In this document: positions 39,944 through 48,990 of the stretch, piece after piece | Layout of the letters: each line of letters starts with the position of its first letter | Position numbering within the stretch: the stretch's first letter is position 1 | NCBI GenBank assembly: GCA_016180645.1 | Contig: JACPAV010000008.1 | Location: 62,001 to 121,011 of the forward strand | Direction: 5' to 3' | DNA from: Nitrospirota bacterium | GTDB taxonomy: Bacteria; JACPQY01 | DNA: 59,011 nt | Notes under the pieces: generated by a model | The model's database searches: none | What the model saw: only the letters and a program-made list of their open reading frames with translations | What the model was told of the DNA's origin: nothing | Translations under genes and position numbers: made by a program

Positions 39944-42478
39944 TCATTTGGTTTCCCGCGGCGCCGCGTGCCGGAAGCGCGGCCGGAGGTCCGCCTTCAC
40001 TTGCGGATGCTTCTTGAGGTACTCATCTAAGTACCGCCACCCCGCGTCGTAAATATCCCGTTCCACTTCGTCATCCCACTCCTCTTCCTCGCCCAGCTCG
40101 CCTTTTCCCGCCAGCGCTCCCTCGAGTGCAGATCCCTTCCTCGGCGCCCCCTTCCGATACCACCACAGGACGTCCCCCAGAAGCGGGTTCCGATCGGGGC
40201 CGCGGAAATCCATGCGCATGGAGAACTCCGCTCCCACGGCCCTCGGGGGATTCACCTTGTCGGGTACGGTCCGCGGGATCGTCGTGTACGGCTCCGGATC
40301 GGTTTTCGACGAAAACGCATCCCAAAGCGGCGTGGCCAGACGGTCGTACCGGTTCATGGGCGGAATCCCGAAAATCAGCTCGAAGGTCCTGAACAGCGAG
40401 GGGAAGGACGTGTGCACCGAACTCACGTATCCCCGCTTCGCCCACGGACTGATCACCAACAGAAACGACCGATGATAGTCCACGTGATCCGAACCCTGCT
40501 GAGGATCGTCCTCCACGACGAAAATGGCGGTGCTGTCCCAGTACGATGAGCGACTGATGGCCTCGATCACGATACCCATAGCCACATCGTTGTCGTTGAT
40601 CATCGATTCAGGGCTGAGCGCGCCGGGCGAGGTTCCGTGCGTATGATCGTTCGGCAGCAGCAGGAACACGAAGGACGGAAACTTCCCTTCCTCCACGAGT
40701 TTCCTGGCCACGTAGCGCGCTTTCTCTTCGTCCTTCACGTCCGTATTGAAAAAGACGCCGGGAAATTGAAGGTCCGTATGATTAAACACGGTGTCGCCGC
40801 TCTCGCGCCCGAGTGTCCCGACCACTTCGCCAAAATTGGTGAAAGAGACGTTGTGCTTGATGAGGTGCGTGAAGAACGTCCCGAAATCCGGTTGTCCGCG
40901 CTCCATCGCGGCGTCCTCGGCGAATCCACCCGATCCGCGGTAGTCCTCCAGCCAGGTCCGTTCGATGTAATCGTTCACGAACGACGACGTCAGCCAGAGG
41001 TGGCCTTGAACCGATGTCTCCGAGTCGTTGTAGAAATTGTCGTGGAGGGTGAATCGCCGTGCGAGCGAGTGGAGGTTCGGCGTGATGTCCTCGCCGAAGA
41101 GAACGAGCGACGGATCGCGGTCGCCGCGATCAAGATCGCCCAGTACGGAGTCATACGTCTTGTTCTCCTTGACGATGAGCACGACGTGCTTGATGGGGGT
41201 CTCTCCGCCGGCCCTTGCGGGCACGGGGAATTTCCGGTCGCACGTGAACGGGAAGACCTGGTTGGGACGCCGGATGTTCTTCTCAGCTTGGGCTGTGAGA
41301 CCCGGAAGATCGAGTCCGGAAAGCGGAATCAGCGACACCGTGCCGGTCATTTTCTCCTTTCCGCTTTCGTCGTCTTTCTTGTAGCCAACGAGCGGTCCCA
41401 CGCCGATCCCCTTGCCGTTGGCGACCACGAGCGTTTTCCCCCCATCGGCGAGCGCCACCGCGGTGGGATACCAGCCGACGGGAATCGCGGACTCCGCGAT
41501 GAAGGTGGACGCGTTGTACAAGGTCACGGCGTTGTCCGCCGCTCGAGCCACGATCAGTTTTCCATGGACGGAATCGAGCGCGATCCCGGCCGGGCTGCTC
41601 CCCGGCAGTGGATTCCCCCCGTCATCCAAAAGGTCCGGCTCGCCGATGGCTACGGTCCTGAGCACGGTCTTCACGGCCGTGTCGATCCCCACGATGTTGT
41701 GTCCATCCGACACGGTCACGTAAGCCATGGCTTCATCGGGCGACAGGACCAGCCCTTGCGGTCCGCCCCCCACTCGAATCGTGGCAACGTCCCCCGATTG
41801 GAGGTTCACCACGCCCACCTTGTCGTCCCTGAATCCGGTCACGTAGAGTTCTCCCCGCTGCTCGGCCACCACCACGCCGTATGAGCCGAAACCGACGGCG
41901 ATCTCACGCGTCTTCGTCAACGTCGCCGCATCGATCTCAACAACATTCGTGCCGAGGAACTGACCCACCCACAGGATTTTCCCGTCCGCCGAGAGCGCGA
42001 TTCCGGCGGGATAGCCGCCCACCACGACTTGTCCTGCGAGAGTCACTTTCCCATCTCCCCCGATGTCGTAGGCCTCGACGAGCTTCGAATCCCCCCCCGC
42101 CGCGTAGAGACGCTTGCCATCCATGGACATGGCCAGACCGTAAAACGCGTTCTTTCTCTTGAGCTGCTGGACGATTTCGCCGGTCCGCACGTCGATGACT
42201 TGAAGCGCGCGGAACGCGTAGCCGGTATTGGAGACGTACGCCAGCGGGAGCGTCGGATGCGTTCGGATATCCACCGGGAAGCCGCCCACCGTCACCTGTC
42301 TGCCGGTCGGTGTAAGCGCCCGTCCTCCGGGAAGCAGGAATAACCCGTCCGAATCACCGGCCTTGCGAAGCGCCTCCGCGGTCGGCGCCACCCCGTCGCA
42401 CTCGCCCCCACCGGTGTTCGATGTTTCGCAACCGGCAAAAACCAGGATCGATAGCAACATGATTGAAGTCGTTCTCAT
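39944..42478 (-). CDS. YncE/YVTN beta-propeller plus phosphoesterase (alkaline phosphatase superfamily) lipoprotein
   Basis: Lipobox FAGC, propeller repeats (IPVGWYP), IVKENKTYD, PNDHT, EDD.Q.G.DHVD. Confidence 0.82.
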   Translation of the reverse strand: MRTTSIMLLSILVFAGCETSNTGGGECDGVAPTAEALRKAGDSDGLFLLPGGRALTPTGRQVTVGGFPVDIRTHPTLPLAYVSNTGYAFRALQVIDVRTGEIVQQLKRKNAFYGLAMSMDGKRLYAAGGDSKLVEAYDIGGDGKVTLAGQVVVGGYPAGIALSADGKILWVGQFLGTNVVEIDAATLTKTREIAVGFGSYGVVVAEQRGELYVTGFRDDKVGVVNLQSGDVATIRVGGGPQGLVLSPDEAMAYVTVSDGHNIVGIDTAVKTVLRTVAIGEPDLLDDGGNPLPGSSPAGIALDSVHGKLIVARAADNAVTLYNASTFIAESAIPVGWYPTAVALADGGKTLVVANGKGIGVGPLVGYKKDDESGKEKMTGTVSLIPLSGLDLPGLTAQAEKNIRRPNQVFPFTCDRKFPVPARAGGETPIKHVVLIVKENKTYDSVLGDLDRGDRDPSLVLFGEDITPNLHSLARRFTLHDNFYNDSETSVQGHLWLTSSFVNDYIERTWLEDYRGSGGFAEDAAMERGQPDFGTFFTHLIKHNVSFTNFGEVVGTLGRESGDTVFNHTDLQFPGVFFNTDVKDEEKARYVARKLVEEGKFPSFVFLLLPNDHTHGTSPGALSPESMINDNDVAMGIVIEAISRSSYWDSTAIFVVEDDPQQGSDHVDYHRSFLLVISPWAKRGYVSSVHTSFPSLFRTFELIFGIPPMNRYDRLATPLWDAFSSKTDPEPYTTIPRTVPDKVNPPRAVGAEFSMRMDFRGPDRNPLLGDVLWWYRKGAPRKGSALEGALAGKGELGEEEEWDDEVERDIYDAGWRYLDEYLKKHPQVKADLRPRFRHAAPRETK

Positions 42479-42479
42479 T

Positions 42480-43112
42480 TCAGAACCATCCCATCACGCC
42501 GCCGAAAACGGCGATGCAAACCGCATCGAAGGCGTAGATCGCGCCCACCGCCGCGAGTTTCCGCTTGATCGTCGACAGATCGTGCACCCAGAACGCCACG
42601 CTGAAGAGAGGCAAATAACCGAGCAGGAAAATCAGCCAGGGCGATCGCGCCGACCACCACGGGTAGTCCCACGTCAGAGCGCCGATGTGGTTGAGCGCCA
42701 CCTCGACGAGAACCGACACCACGCTGAAGCCGGCGGCCGCCACGAGCCGGTTGGGCAGCCCCAGCAGCTTCACGTGCGGGTCCTTCGGCAGGACCAGCGA
42801 AGCGGCCACTCCCATGATCATGAACATGAGACACGTCTCGATGTTCAGGCCGACTAGAATAAGATAGGAAGTCTCGCCCGGCTCGCCCCAGACGGGTGCA
42901 TGGTTTGTGAAATGGAACACGAGGCAGTTCCAGATCTCATTGAACCAGTCCATACCCCACAAGGCGAGACCCGCGAAAACAACGTTCCAATTCTTCCGCG
43001 CGATTTCCGCATTGTAAATGTAGATGACGATCACCAGGATGGAGATGACGGGCCACTGGAAATGCGAACCGTCCCTCAGAATGGATACCGCGCGCGCCGC
43101 CGACTCTGTCAT
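42480..43112 (-). CDS. Conserved-looking hypothetical membrane protein
   Basis: 210 aa with about 6 hydrophobic segments; operonic with the phosphoesterase gene. Confidence 0.7.
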   Translation of the reverse strand: MTESAARAVSILRDGSHFQWPVISILVIVIYIYNAEIARKNWNVVFAGLALWGMDWFNEIWNCLVFHFTNHAPVWGEPGETSYLILVGLNIETCLMFMIMGVAASLVLPKDPHVKLLGLPNRLVAAAGFSVVSVLVEVALNHIGALTWDYPWWSARSPWLIFLLGYLPLFSVAFWVHDLSTIKRKLAAVGAIYAFDAVCIAVFGGVMGWF

Positions 43113-43243
43113 CGCCTACCCTCTACCCCGCCCCTCACCCTGCGTCAACCGCCGTGAAGAGCCTGGCGCCGGTGGACTCCGCCCTCGATCGTTGCCGCAT
43201 GATGCATGAACAGGATAAGATGACCGACCATAGGAGGTTACCC

Positions 43244-44014
43244 ATGCGATATTCCAAAGTGGTTGCTCTCGCGATATTTTCGGCCGCGCTCTGCCTGCCG
43301 ATGGTCCATTCCCATGCCTCAGGACCCACCACACACGTTTCCGCCAAGGACGCGCTGAAGTTTCTGCAACAAGGAAACGCGCGGTTCGTGAAAGGAAAAA
43401 GCCGCCATCCGCACTCCAATGCGGCGCGAATCAAGGAGACCGGCAAAGGCCAGGCCCCCTTTGCCACGATTGTCGGCTGCTCTGATTCCCGGGTGCCTCC
43501 GGAGCGGCTCTTCGATCAGGGTATCGGTGATCTTTTCGTCGTCCGCGTTGCCGGCAATGTATGCGATGTGGATGAAACGGGGAGCGCGGAATACGGAGTG
43601 GATCATCTGGGAACGCCCCTCCTCGTGGTCCTCGGCCACTCGAAGTGCGGAGCGGTCACGGCTGTGGTCAACAAGGCCGAAGTGCACGGGAGCATTCCGC
43701 AATTGGTGGACAACATCGGCCCGGCCGTGGCGCGCGCGAAGGCGGCCTATCCTGCCGCCCAGGGCGATGACCTCCTCACACACGCCATCCGGGAGAATAT
43801 CTGGCAGAGCATCGAAGATCTCCTGCACAGCCCTCTCGTCCGGAAGCGTGTCGATTCGGGGAAGCTGATGATCCACGGGGCGGTTTACGATGTCGAGTCG
43901 GGCAAGGTGTACTGGCTCGGACGCCATCCGCGGCAGGACGAGCTTCTCCACGCCGTGAGTGAGTCGGCCCCACAGGAGCATGGCTCTGCGTCCGAGGAAG
44001 AGGCGGAGGAGTGA
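43244..44014 (+). CDS. Beta-class carbonic anhydrase (exported)
   Basis: CSDSR, RVAGN, HSKCGAV; AGGAGG RBS before ATG 43244; signal peptide. Confidence 0.92.
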   Translation: MRYSKVVALAIFSAALCLPMVHSHASGPTTHVSAKDALKFLQQGNARFVKGKSRHPHSNAARIKETGKGQAPFATIVGCSDSRVPPERLFDQGIGDLFVVRVAGNVCDVDETGSAEYGVDHLGTPLLVVLGHSKCGAVTAVVNKAEVHGSIPQLVDNIGPAVARAKAAYPAAQGDDLLTHAIRENIWQSIEDLLHSPLVRKRVDSGKLMIHGAVYDVESGKVYWLGRHPRQDELLHAVSESAPQEHGSASEEEAEE

Positions 44015-44069
44015 CCCGTCGGGAAAATAGAAACGGCAACAGCATCAGCACATTGAGGGAGGTAACATC

Positions 44070-44717
44070 ATGGAAAAAGTCGGTGTGATCGGTTCGGGAA
44101 TCGTCGGTGAGGTTTTGGCCAACGGGTTCCTAAAGCACGGGTACGAGGTCATGCGCGGGTCCCGCGACAAGGGGAAACTTTCGGAATGGAAGGCGAAGGC
44201 CGGTTCCAAGGCGTCGGCAGGCTCGTTCGCCGATTCGGCAAAGTTCGGCGACATCATCGTTCTGGCCGTCAAGGGCACGGCCGCGGCGGAGGCCGTGAAG
44301 CTCGCCGGAGTCGAGAACGTGGCCGGGAAAATCGTGATCGACGCGACCAATCCCATCGCGGATGAGGCGCCCGTCAACGGCGTCCTCAAGTTCTTCACCG
44401 GACCGAACGATTCGCTCATGGAGCGGCTGCAAAACGCCGCCCCGAAGGCAAACTTCGTCAAAGCGTTCTCCTGCGTCGGCAATGCCTTCATGGTCAACCC
44501 GAATTTCGGCGGGATGAAACCCACCATGTTCATTTGCGGAAACAGCGCCGGCGCGAAAGACGAAGTGAAGTCGATCCTGACCCGGTTCGGATGGGAGTTC
44601 GAAGACATGGGAGGCGTCGAAGCCGCGCGCGCGATCGAGCCCCTGTGCATCCTCTGGTGCATCCCCGGCCTCCAGCGCGGCCAGTGGAACCACGCGTTCA
44701 AGCTCTTGAGGCAATAA
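44070..44717 (+). CDS. NADPH-dependent F420 reductase-family oxidoreductase
   Basis: GSG.VG Rossmann motif, LAVK, IDATNP, VKAF. Confidence 0.85.
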   Translation: MEKVGVIGSGIVGEVLANGFLKHGYEVMRGSRDKGKLSEWKAKAGSKASAGSFADSAKFGDIIVLAVKGTAAAEAVKLAGVENVAGKIVIDATNPIADEAPVNGVLKFFTGPNDSLMERLQNAAPKANFVKAFSCVGNAFMVNPNFGGMKPTMFICGNSAGAKDEVKSILTRFGWEFEDMGGVEAARAIEPLCILWCIPGLQRGQWNHAFKLLRQ

Positions 44718-44726
44718 CCCCAGAGC

Positions 44727-45455
44727 GTGGATCCCATGAAACTCATGAATTGTCCCATCACGAAGAGGAGCCGGCTGTCGCACAAGGACCGCGAGTGCAT
44801 CTTCACGTCCTTCGCCGGAAAGATCAACAAGAGGTGTTTTCAGAAGGTCAAGAAGGATGAGCGACTGCTCGGGGATTTGGCGCGCGGCGTGGAAAAGGAA
44901 GTAGCGATTATGTTCGCGGACGTCCGCGATTTCACGCGCACGACGGCGGACATGCCCCCGGAACGCATCGTTCAACTTCTGGATACGATTCTTCCCGAAC
45001 TCCTGAACATCATCATCGAGAAACGCGGGGGAATGGTCGATAAGATCCTCGGTGACGGCATCATGGCGGCGTTCGGGCACCCCTACTCGGGCGGCGCGGA
45101 TCTGGATCAGGCCATCCGCGCGGCGGCGGACATGCAGGTGGCCATCGACGGCATGGGGTCCGTATTCGACCGGCTCGACCTGCCCCGGATGCGGCTCGGC
45201 ATCGGGATGAACTACGGCAAGGTTCTCGTGTGCCACATCGGATCGAAACAGCATTCCGAGAATACGTTCATCGGCAGCGCGGTGAACATGGCCGCGAAGA
45301 TGGAAGATATTGCCCTTGCCAACGAAGTGGTACTGGCCGCCCACGCCACGGAGCGCCTGCGGGCCTCGGAGAATCCCATTGCCAAACTTCTTGAGCCCGT
45401 GGATTCAACGCGATACGGCTCCGGCCATACGAAAATCCGCTGGCAGGAGCTGTAG
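44727..45455 (+). CDS. Single-domain class III nucleotide cyclase
   Basis: FADVRDFT, DKILGDGIMA, IGSAVNMAAKME. Confidence 0.82.
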   Translation: MDPMKLMNCPITKRSRLSHKDRECIFTSFAGKINKRCFQKVKKDERLLGDLARGVEKEVAIMFADVRDFTRTTADMPPERIVQLLDTILPELLNIIIEKRGGMVDKILGDGIMAAFGHPYSGGADLDQAIRAAADMQVAIDGMGSVFDRLDLPRMRLGIGMNYGKVLVCHIGSKQHSENTFIGSAVNMAAKMEDIALANEVVLAAHATERLRASENPIAKLLEPVDSTRYGSGHTKIRWQEL

Positions 45456-45508
45456 TTCCGGCGTCCCTGCACTATCCCGGAATCCCCGGGTTCCGAGGCT
45501 GCCGGCTA

Positions 45509-45829
45509 CTACGCGAGGATGTCGATCCGTCCTCCGGGCCGCGCATTCGGATTCGCCGCCTGACCACCGGCAGCGGTCACTCCTGATCCCTCAAGCGATT
45601 CTTGTACTTTCTGAACGATCCGGTGCTCGGCGGGGCTGAGCGGCCCCATCTGACCGGGCGCGTTCACCTCGTTCTTGATCCGACGACTCGTCACCGAATC
45701 TTGAATCCGAGGCGCCGACGGGTCCGCCCCATCACTCTGATCCGGACGCGTGGCCTGCGTTCGAACCCTTTCGACGGGATTGAACGCCTGTGACGCCCCA
45801 GCTCCGAAACCCTCAATGCGATTCGCCAT
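45509..45829 (-). CDS. Hypothetical protein
   Basis: Strong RBS before ATG 45829; C-terminal GGRIDILA motif. Confidence 0.55.
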   Translation of the reverse strand: MANRIEGFGAGASQAFNPVERVRTQATRPDQSDGADPSAPRIQDSVTSRRIKNEVNAPGQMGPLSPAEHRIVQKVQESLEGSGVTAAGGQAANPNARPGGRIDILA

Positions 45830-45958
45830 GATTTCCCCTCCCTTCGCTATTGATGACTCTCCTATTCTACCCCACTCTCCCAACTTCGCCAGCCATCGCC
45901 GGCCTCGATTGAATGCGGTTCAGGGCCAGACGCCATCATCACGCGAAATCGAGGGAAA

Positions 45959-46029
45959 CTGGGAGACTAGGATTCGAACCTAGATAAACGGATCCAGAGT
46001 CCGTTGTCCTGCCATTGGACGATCTCCCA
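45959..46029 (-). tRNA. tRNA-Gln (anticodon CTG), CCA not encoded
   Basis: TGGGAGA/TCTCCCA acceptor, GTCC/GGAC D-arm, ACGGA-CTCTGGA-TCCGT anticodon arm, CTAGG-TTCGAAT-CCTAG T-arm. Confidence 0.95.
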
Positions 46030-46037
46030 GAAATGCG

Positions 46038-47279
46038 TTAGGACGCGACCTTAGCACCAGCCAAGTCCGTTGACAAGGTTCCGTTGATACTTGGTGTGAT
46101 ACTTCGTTCCACGGAACCCCCTCCGGCAAGCCGCTCAACGGCACTCTGCTTGTGCGATGGCGACAGGTGCGCGTAGCGTAGGGTCATCTCAATCGTCCGG
46201 TGGCCCATTAACTCTTTCACGGTGGTCAAGTCAACCCCGGCCATCACAAGACGGCTGGCGAAGCTGTGCCGAAGGCAGTGGAACGTGAAGTCCTCGATCC
46301 CCGTCTTGTCGATCACATCCTCGAACCACTTGGACACGATCCACTTCCGCCGCCCCTGCCACCGGGGGAACACCGCATGCTTTTGCAGGATGGACGACGG
46401 CAAGGCCGCAACATTGCCCTTCTCCGTGGGTTGCAACGCGCCCATCCGCTCATCCCGCATCCGCCGGAGGGTTTCCCTCACCACGCGATTCATAGGCACC
46501 TGGTAGTTGCGCCCGCCCTTGGCCTCTTGAACGTCGATCACCCCCGCGGAAAAATCCACATCGCCCCACAGAAGTTCTTTCAGGCCGCTCAACCGGATGC
46601 CCGTGTGAAGCGCCAGCACCACAAAGGGCCTCTCGTCGTCCTTGAGCACCGCGAACACCCTTTTCTCTTCTTCGTCGGACAGGTAGCGGACGCGACGATT
46701 CTGCCTCTCCGGGTAGAACTTCACACCTTTGACGGGGTTCTTTTCCGCCTTCCCGTTTTTCATGGCCAGGTAATAGGCAGACCGTAGGGAAGCCAGGTAG
46801 CGGTTGATCGTGGTCCCCATGCAGGCTTGAGTCTTCCGGTTCTTCAATTTCCGCACCTCGGTCAGCTTCGTTTTCCACGTTTCGATCTCTTGCGCCGTCA
46901 CCGATCCGGCGGGTTTCGTTCCAAGGTGTTCGATCCAGTAGCCAAGCCGTTGCACGTCGTCGGCCCAACTCTTCTTGTTCGCCTTCCCCCACGTGATGAA
47001 GTCTTCCGCGATTTCCTTGAACGACACCGCCCGCCTTGCTCTCACCGCATCCGGCCTGAACTTTCCTTCGACAATCTCGTTCCGGCGTTTTCCGTAAAGC
47101 TCGATCGCCTTCCCCTTCGGCCCCACCCGCTCGCGGTGTAGCTTGCCGTCCCGATCCCGGTAGCGGATGTACCAGACGCCCGTGTTGACCTTCGCCACGG
47201 CGGGGACGATGAGGAAGTCTTCAACGCTGTACTTCACGTACTCGTAGACCCCACGCGGGTTCCTCTCACGCCTTGCCAT
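46038..47279 (-). CDS. int: Tyrosine integrase
   Basis: HTGIR.S, FHCLRHSFAS, LMGH..MTLRYAH (R-H-R-H-Y catalytic set); N-terminal arm-binding-like beta region. Confidence 0.95.
   Translation of the reverse strand: MARRERNPRGVYEYVKYSVEDFLIVPAVAKVNTGVWYIRYRDRDGKLHRERVGPKGKAIELYGKRRNEIVEGKFRPDAVRARRAVSFKEIAEDFITWGKANKKSWADDVQRLGYWIEHLGTKPAGSVTAQEIETWKTKLTEVRKLKNRKTQACMGTTINRYLASLRSAYYLAMKNGKAEKNPVKGVKFYPERQNRRVRYLSDEEEKRVFAVLKDDERPFVVLALHTGIRLSGLKELLWGDVDFSAGVIDVQEAKGGRNYQVPMNRVVRETLRRMRDERMGALQPTEKGNVAALPSSILQKHAVFPRWQGRRKWIVSKWFEDVIDKTGIEDFTFHCLRHSFASRLVMAGVDLTTVKELMGHRTIEMTLRYAHLSPSHKQSAVERLAGGGSVERSITPSINGTLSTDLAGAKVAS
46048..46076 (-). promoter_or_regulatory. Sigma70-type promoter inside the integrase 3' end, aimed at the tRNA
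   Basis: TTGTCA (46076-46071)-N17-TAAGGT (46053-46048), with a TGn extension and a GC-rich discriminator. Confidence 0.65.
46079..46109. repeat. 31-bp direct repeat, putative integrase arm-type sites (other copy 53774-53804)
   Basis: TTCCGTTGATACTTGGTGTGATACTTCGTTC is identical at both ends of the element and holds two TGATACTT units. Confidence 0.85.
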
Positions 47280-47463
47280 GCTTTCCCCCCTTCGTTTTGA
47301 ACGGCCTTCGACACGTCGGGCATGTTCCGAGAAACGACAACACCGCCCGGCGCATGACTTCGGACGCCGACACGCCCATTTCCTTCGCCGTCCGTCTCAC
47401 AAGGTCAAGCTCATTCTCACGGATTTGAAAAGCCGTCAAGGTGTAGCCTTGTTTCTGTTTCAT
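47266..47463 (-). CDS. RHH/CopG-like regulator with a C-terminal CxxC
   Basis: FQI..E.D.V...AKEMGVSASEVMRRAV, CPTC; overlaps the int start. Confidence 0.7.
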   Translation of the reverse strand: MKQKQGYTLTAFQIRENELDLVRRTAKEMGVSASEVMRRAVLSFLGTCPTCRRPFKTKGGKHGKA

Positions 47464-47469
47464 GGGGAC

Positions 47470-47498
47470 ACGATATTATAAGCCATTTTATATGTCAA
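47470..47498 (-). promoter_or_regulatory. Promoter for RHH-int (probably leaderless) with an internal operator palindrome
   Basis: TTGACA-N17-TATCGT, 6 nt before ATG 47463; TATAA-N6-TTATA in the spacer. Confidence 0.62.
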
Positions 47499-47531
47499 GC
47501 CCCCCCTTATCGGAGGCGCGACATCGAACCG

Positions 47532-47783
47532 TCAATCGAGTTCCGCCTCCAGCTTTTCCTGCATTTCAAGGTGGCCCACGAATGTTATCAGGGGCTTGAT
47601 CTGTTCCGCGTCCGCCTTGCCCTCCAGCACCGCCCACGCCGTTACCGTGAGGATCGAGCGAGCAGTTTTCACCGCTTGCGTGAAGCGGTCCTTGTCCATG
47701 TGGCGCCCAAGCTCGTCCCACAAGGCGGGAAGGTTCTCCGGCGTCCGCGGAATCTTTCTCGGTCGGCCTCTTCGATGGTTCAT
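47532..47783 (-). CDS. Hypothetical protein with N-terminal RRGRPRK
   Basis: GAGG RBS, 83 aa, helical character. Confidence 0.6.
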   Translation of the reverse strand: MNHRRGRPRKIPRTPENLPALWDELGRHMDKDRFTQAVKTARSILTVTAWAVLEGKADAEQIKPLITFVGHLEMQEKLEAELD

Positions 47784-48040
47784 CGTTTTACCTCACAAAA
47801 CTGAAAAATATCCATGGGGAAACGCGACAAAAAGGCCAGATATGGCGTCGAAAATGCCCTTCCGCCCTTGTTTCGGCGCTTCGATTTCATCTCCCGTCAT
47901 CACGTTCCGCGTGTTCTTACAGCGGGATACACCGGAAGGAGCACGGTGGGTCTTCAGAAAATACGGCGTGTTTCGATGTGGACGCGCAACGGGAACATAC
48001 CCCCTCCGTCATTTCTCTTGTGGATCGTCTCATCCCCCAC

Positions 48041-48415
48041 CTACGGATTCGGATGTTTGCCCGCACACCCTTTCTGCCCGCCTGGGGGGGCTTGCCGTGA
48101 TGATCCGCGGCAGTCTGCGCTCTCCCGCTTGGTGAGGCCAAGGGCGGAGAGGGTGGGGGCATCCGTAAAAGCCGGTCCCGCTTTGTGACCGGCTTTTCCT
48201 CTCCCCGGACCCGGTGCGCCCTTCGCTTTCGGCGTCTCCTTCAGGAACTCGCCCACCTTGCGCAATGCGCGTAGGCGGATCTCTCTCGCGTGGGCCTCAA
48301 GGCAACGGATCGTCCGGCCTGCCCGCCGAAGCCTTGGCGAAGGCGGGTACTCCAAGCGCCCGTCCTTCGCAGTAGCCTTGCTACGGAGGGTGGATCGGCC
48401 CTTGGCGTAGCTCAA
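48041..48415 (-). pseudogene. Probable remnant of a phage-type gene disrupted by palindromic repeats
   Basis: EIRLRA.RKVGEFLKETPKAKG..GRG..TL..LGLTK.ES resembles a common phage protein segment; the N-terminus consists of repeat sequence (48322-48393). Confidence 0.4.
48322..48393. repeat. Two bulged-hairpin repeats
   Basis: CCCGCC-GAA-GCC-TT-GGC-GAA-GGCGGG and CCTTCG-CA-GTAGC-CTT-GCTAC-GGAGG. Confidence 0.65.
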
Positions 48416-48454
48416 AGTTGTAGTTCCTTCCCGCCGGTGGTAGGAACCATTCCC

Positions 48455-48667
48455 ATGGCGGCAGAAGAAAGCCGAGATACAAAGAGAATCCGCGAATTGG
48501 TGGAAATCTTCAGACAGCTTGGCCTTGCCGCCGTGATCGGAGGAACGGCGGACGCCGTGGTGGATGGGACTCGCCTCTTGATCGACGTGTTCGGGATTGC
48601 GGTGGGGATCATCTTTCTTGGAGTCGCCGTTTGGTTGACGGGCAAGGGAAACGGCGATACCCTATAG
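48455..48667 (+). CDS. Small two-TM membrane protein
   Basis: 70 aa from ATG 48455 with two hydrophobic helices. Confidence 0.6.
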   Translation: MAAEESRDTKRIRELVEIFRQLGLAAVIGGTADAVVDGTRLLIDVFGIAVGIIFLGVAVWLTGKGNGDTL

Positions 48668-48669
48668 AC

Positions 48670-48786
48670 ATGGACGCGGCAAGCGCAGTTCTCTTGGGAG
48701 TCTTCACGAGTATGCTTTTGTTCGCCGTGGGCACTGTCATCTACGTGTCCCGCGTCACCCGCAAGAAACCGACCGTCCAGAACTGA
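48670..48786 (+). CDS. 38-aa single-TM peptide (below ORF-track cutoff)
   Basis: MDAASAVLLGVFTSMLLFAVGTVIYVSRVTRKKPTVQN; starts 2 nt after the previous stop; basic tail. Confidence 0.55.
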   Translation: MDAASAVLLGVFTSMLLFAVGTVIYVSRVTRKKPTVQN

Positions 48787-48850
48787 CCCCTTTCCCCTCA
48801 CTTCATCTCCGGCGAGAGAAAATCTGCTTGAACTCTTCCACCACTCTTTG

Positions 48851-48988
48851 ACCGCAACACCGCAACACTACACCCCTTAAAGGGGGTGTAGCTGTGTAGC
48901 GCAACATGTAGCGCAACATGTTGCACAGCAATAGTTTCAAGCACTTAGCCGAGCGCAACATCCGCGCAACATGGGGGTATGTTGCGCC
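48851..48988. other. Putative replication origin (iteron cluster plus hairpin)
   Basis: Six direct CGCAACA, two inverted TGTTGC, hairpin CTACACCCC-TTAAAG-GGGGTGTAG; directly after the primase-helicase stop. Confidence 0.72.
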
Positions 48989-48990
48989 CT

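Noticed and set aside
47475-47498. Perfect TTGACA/TATAAT promoter pair
   Set aside because: Spacing is only 12 nt; TATCGT at 17 nt was used instead.
48851-48988. CRISPR-like array
   Set aside because: Units are 7 nt, irregularly spaced and in both orientations; no cas genes or repeat-spacer pattern anywhere in the window.
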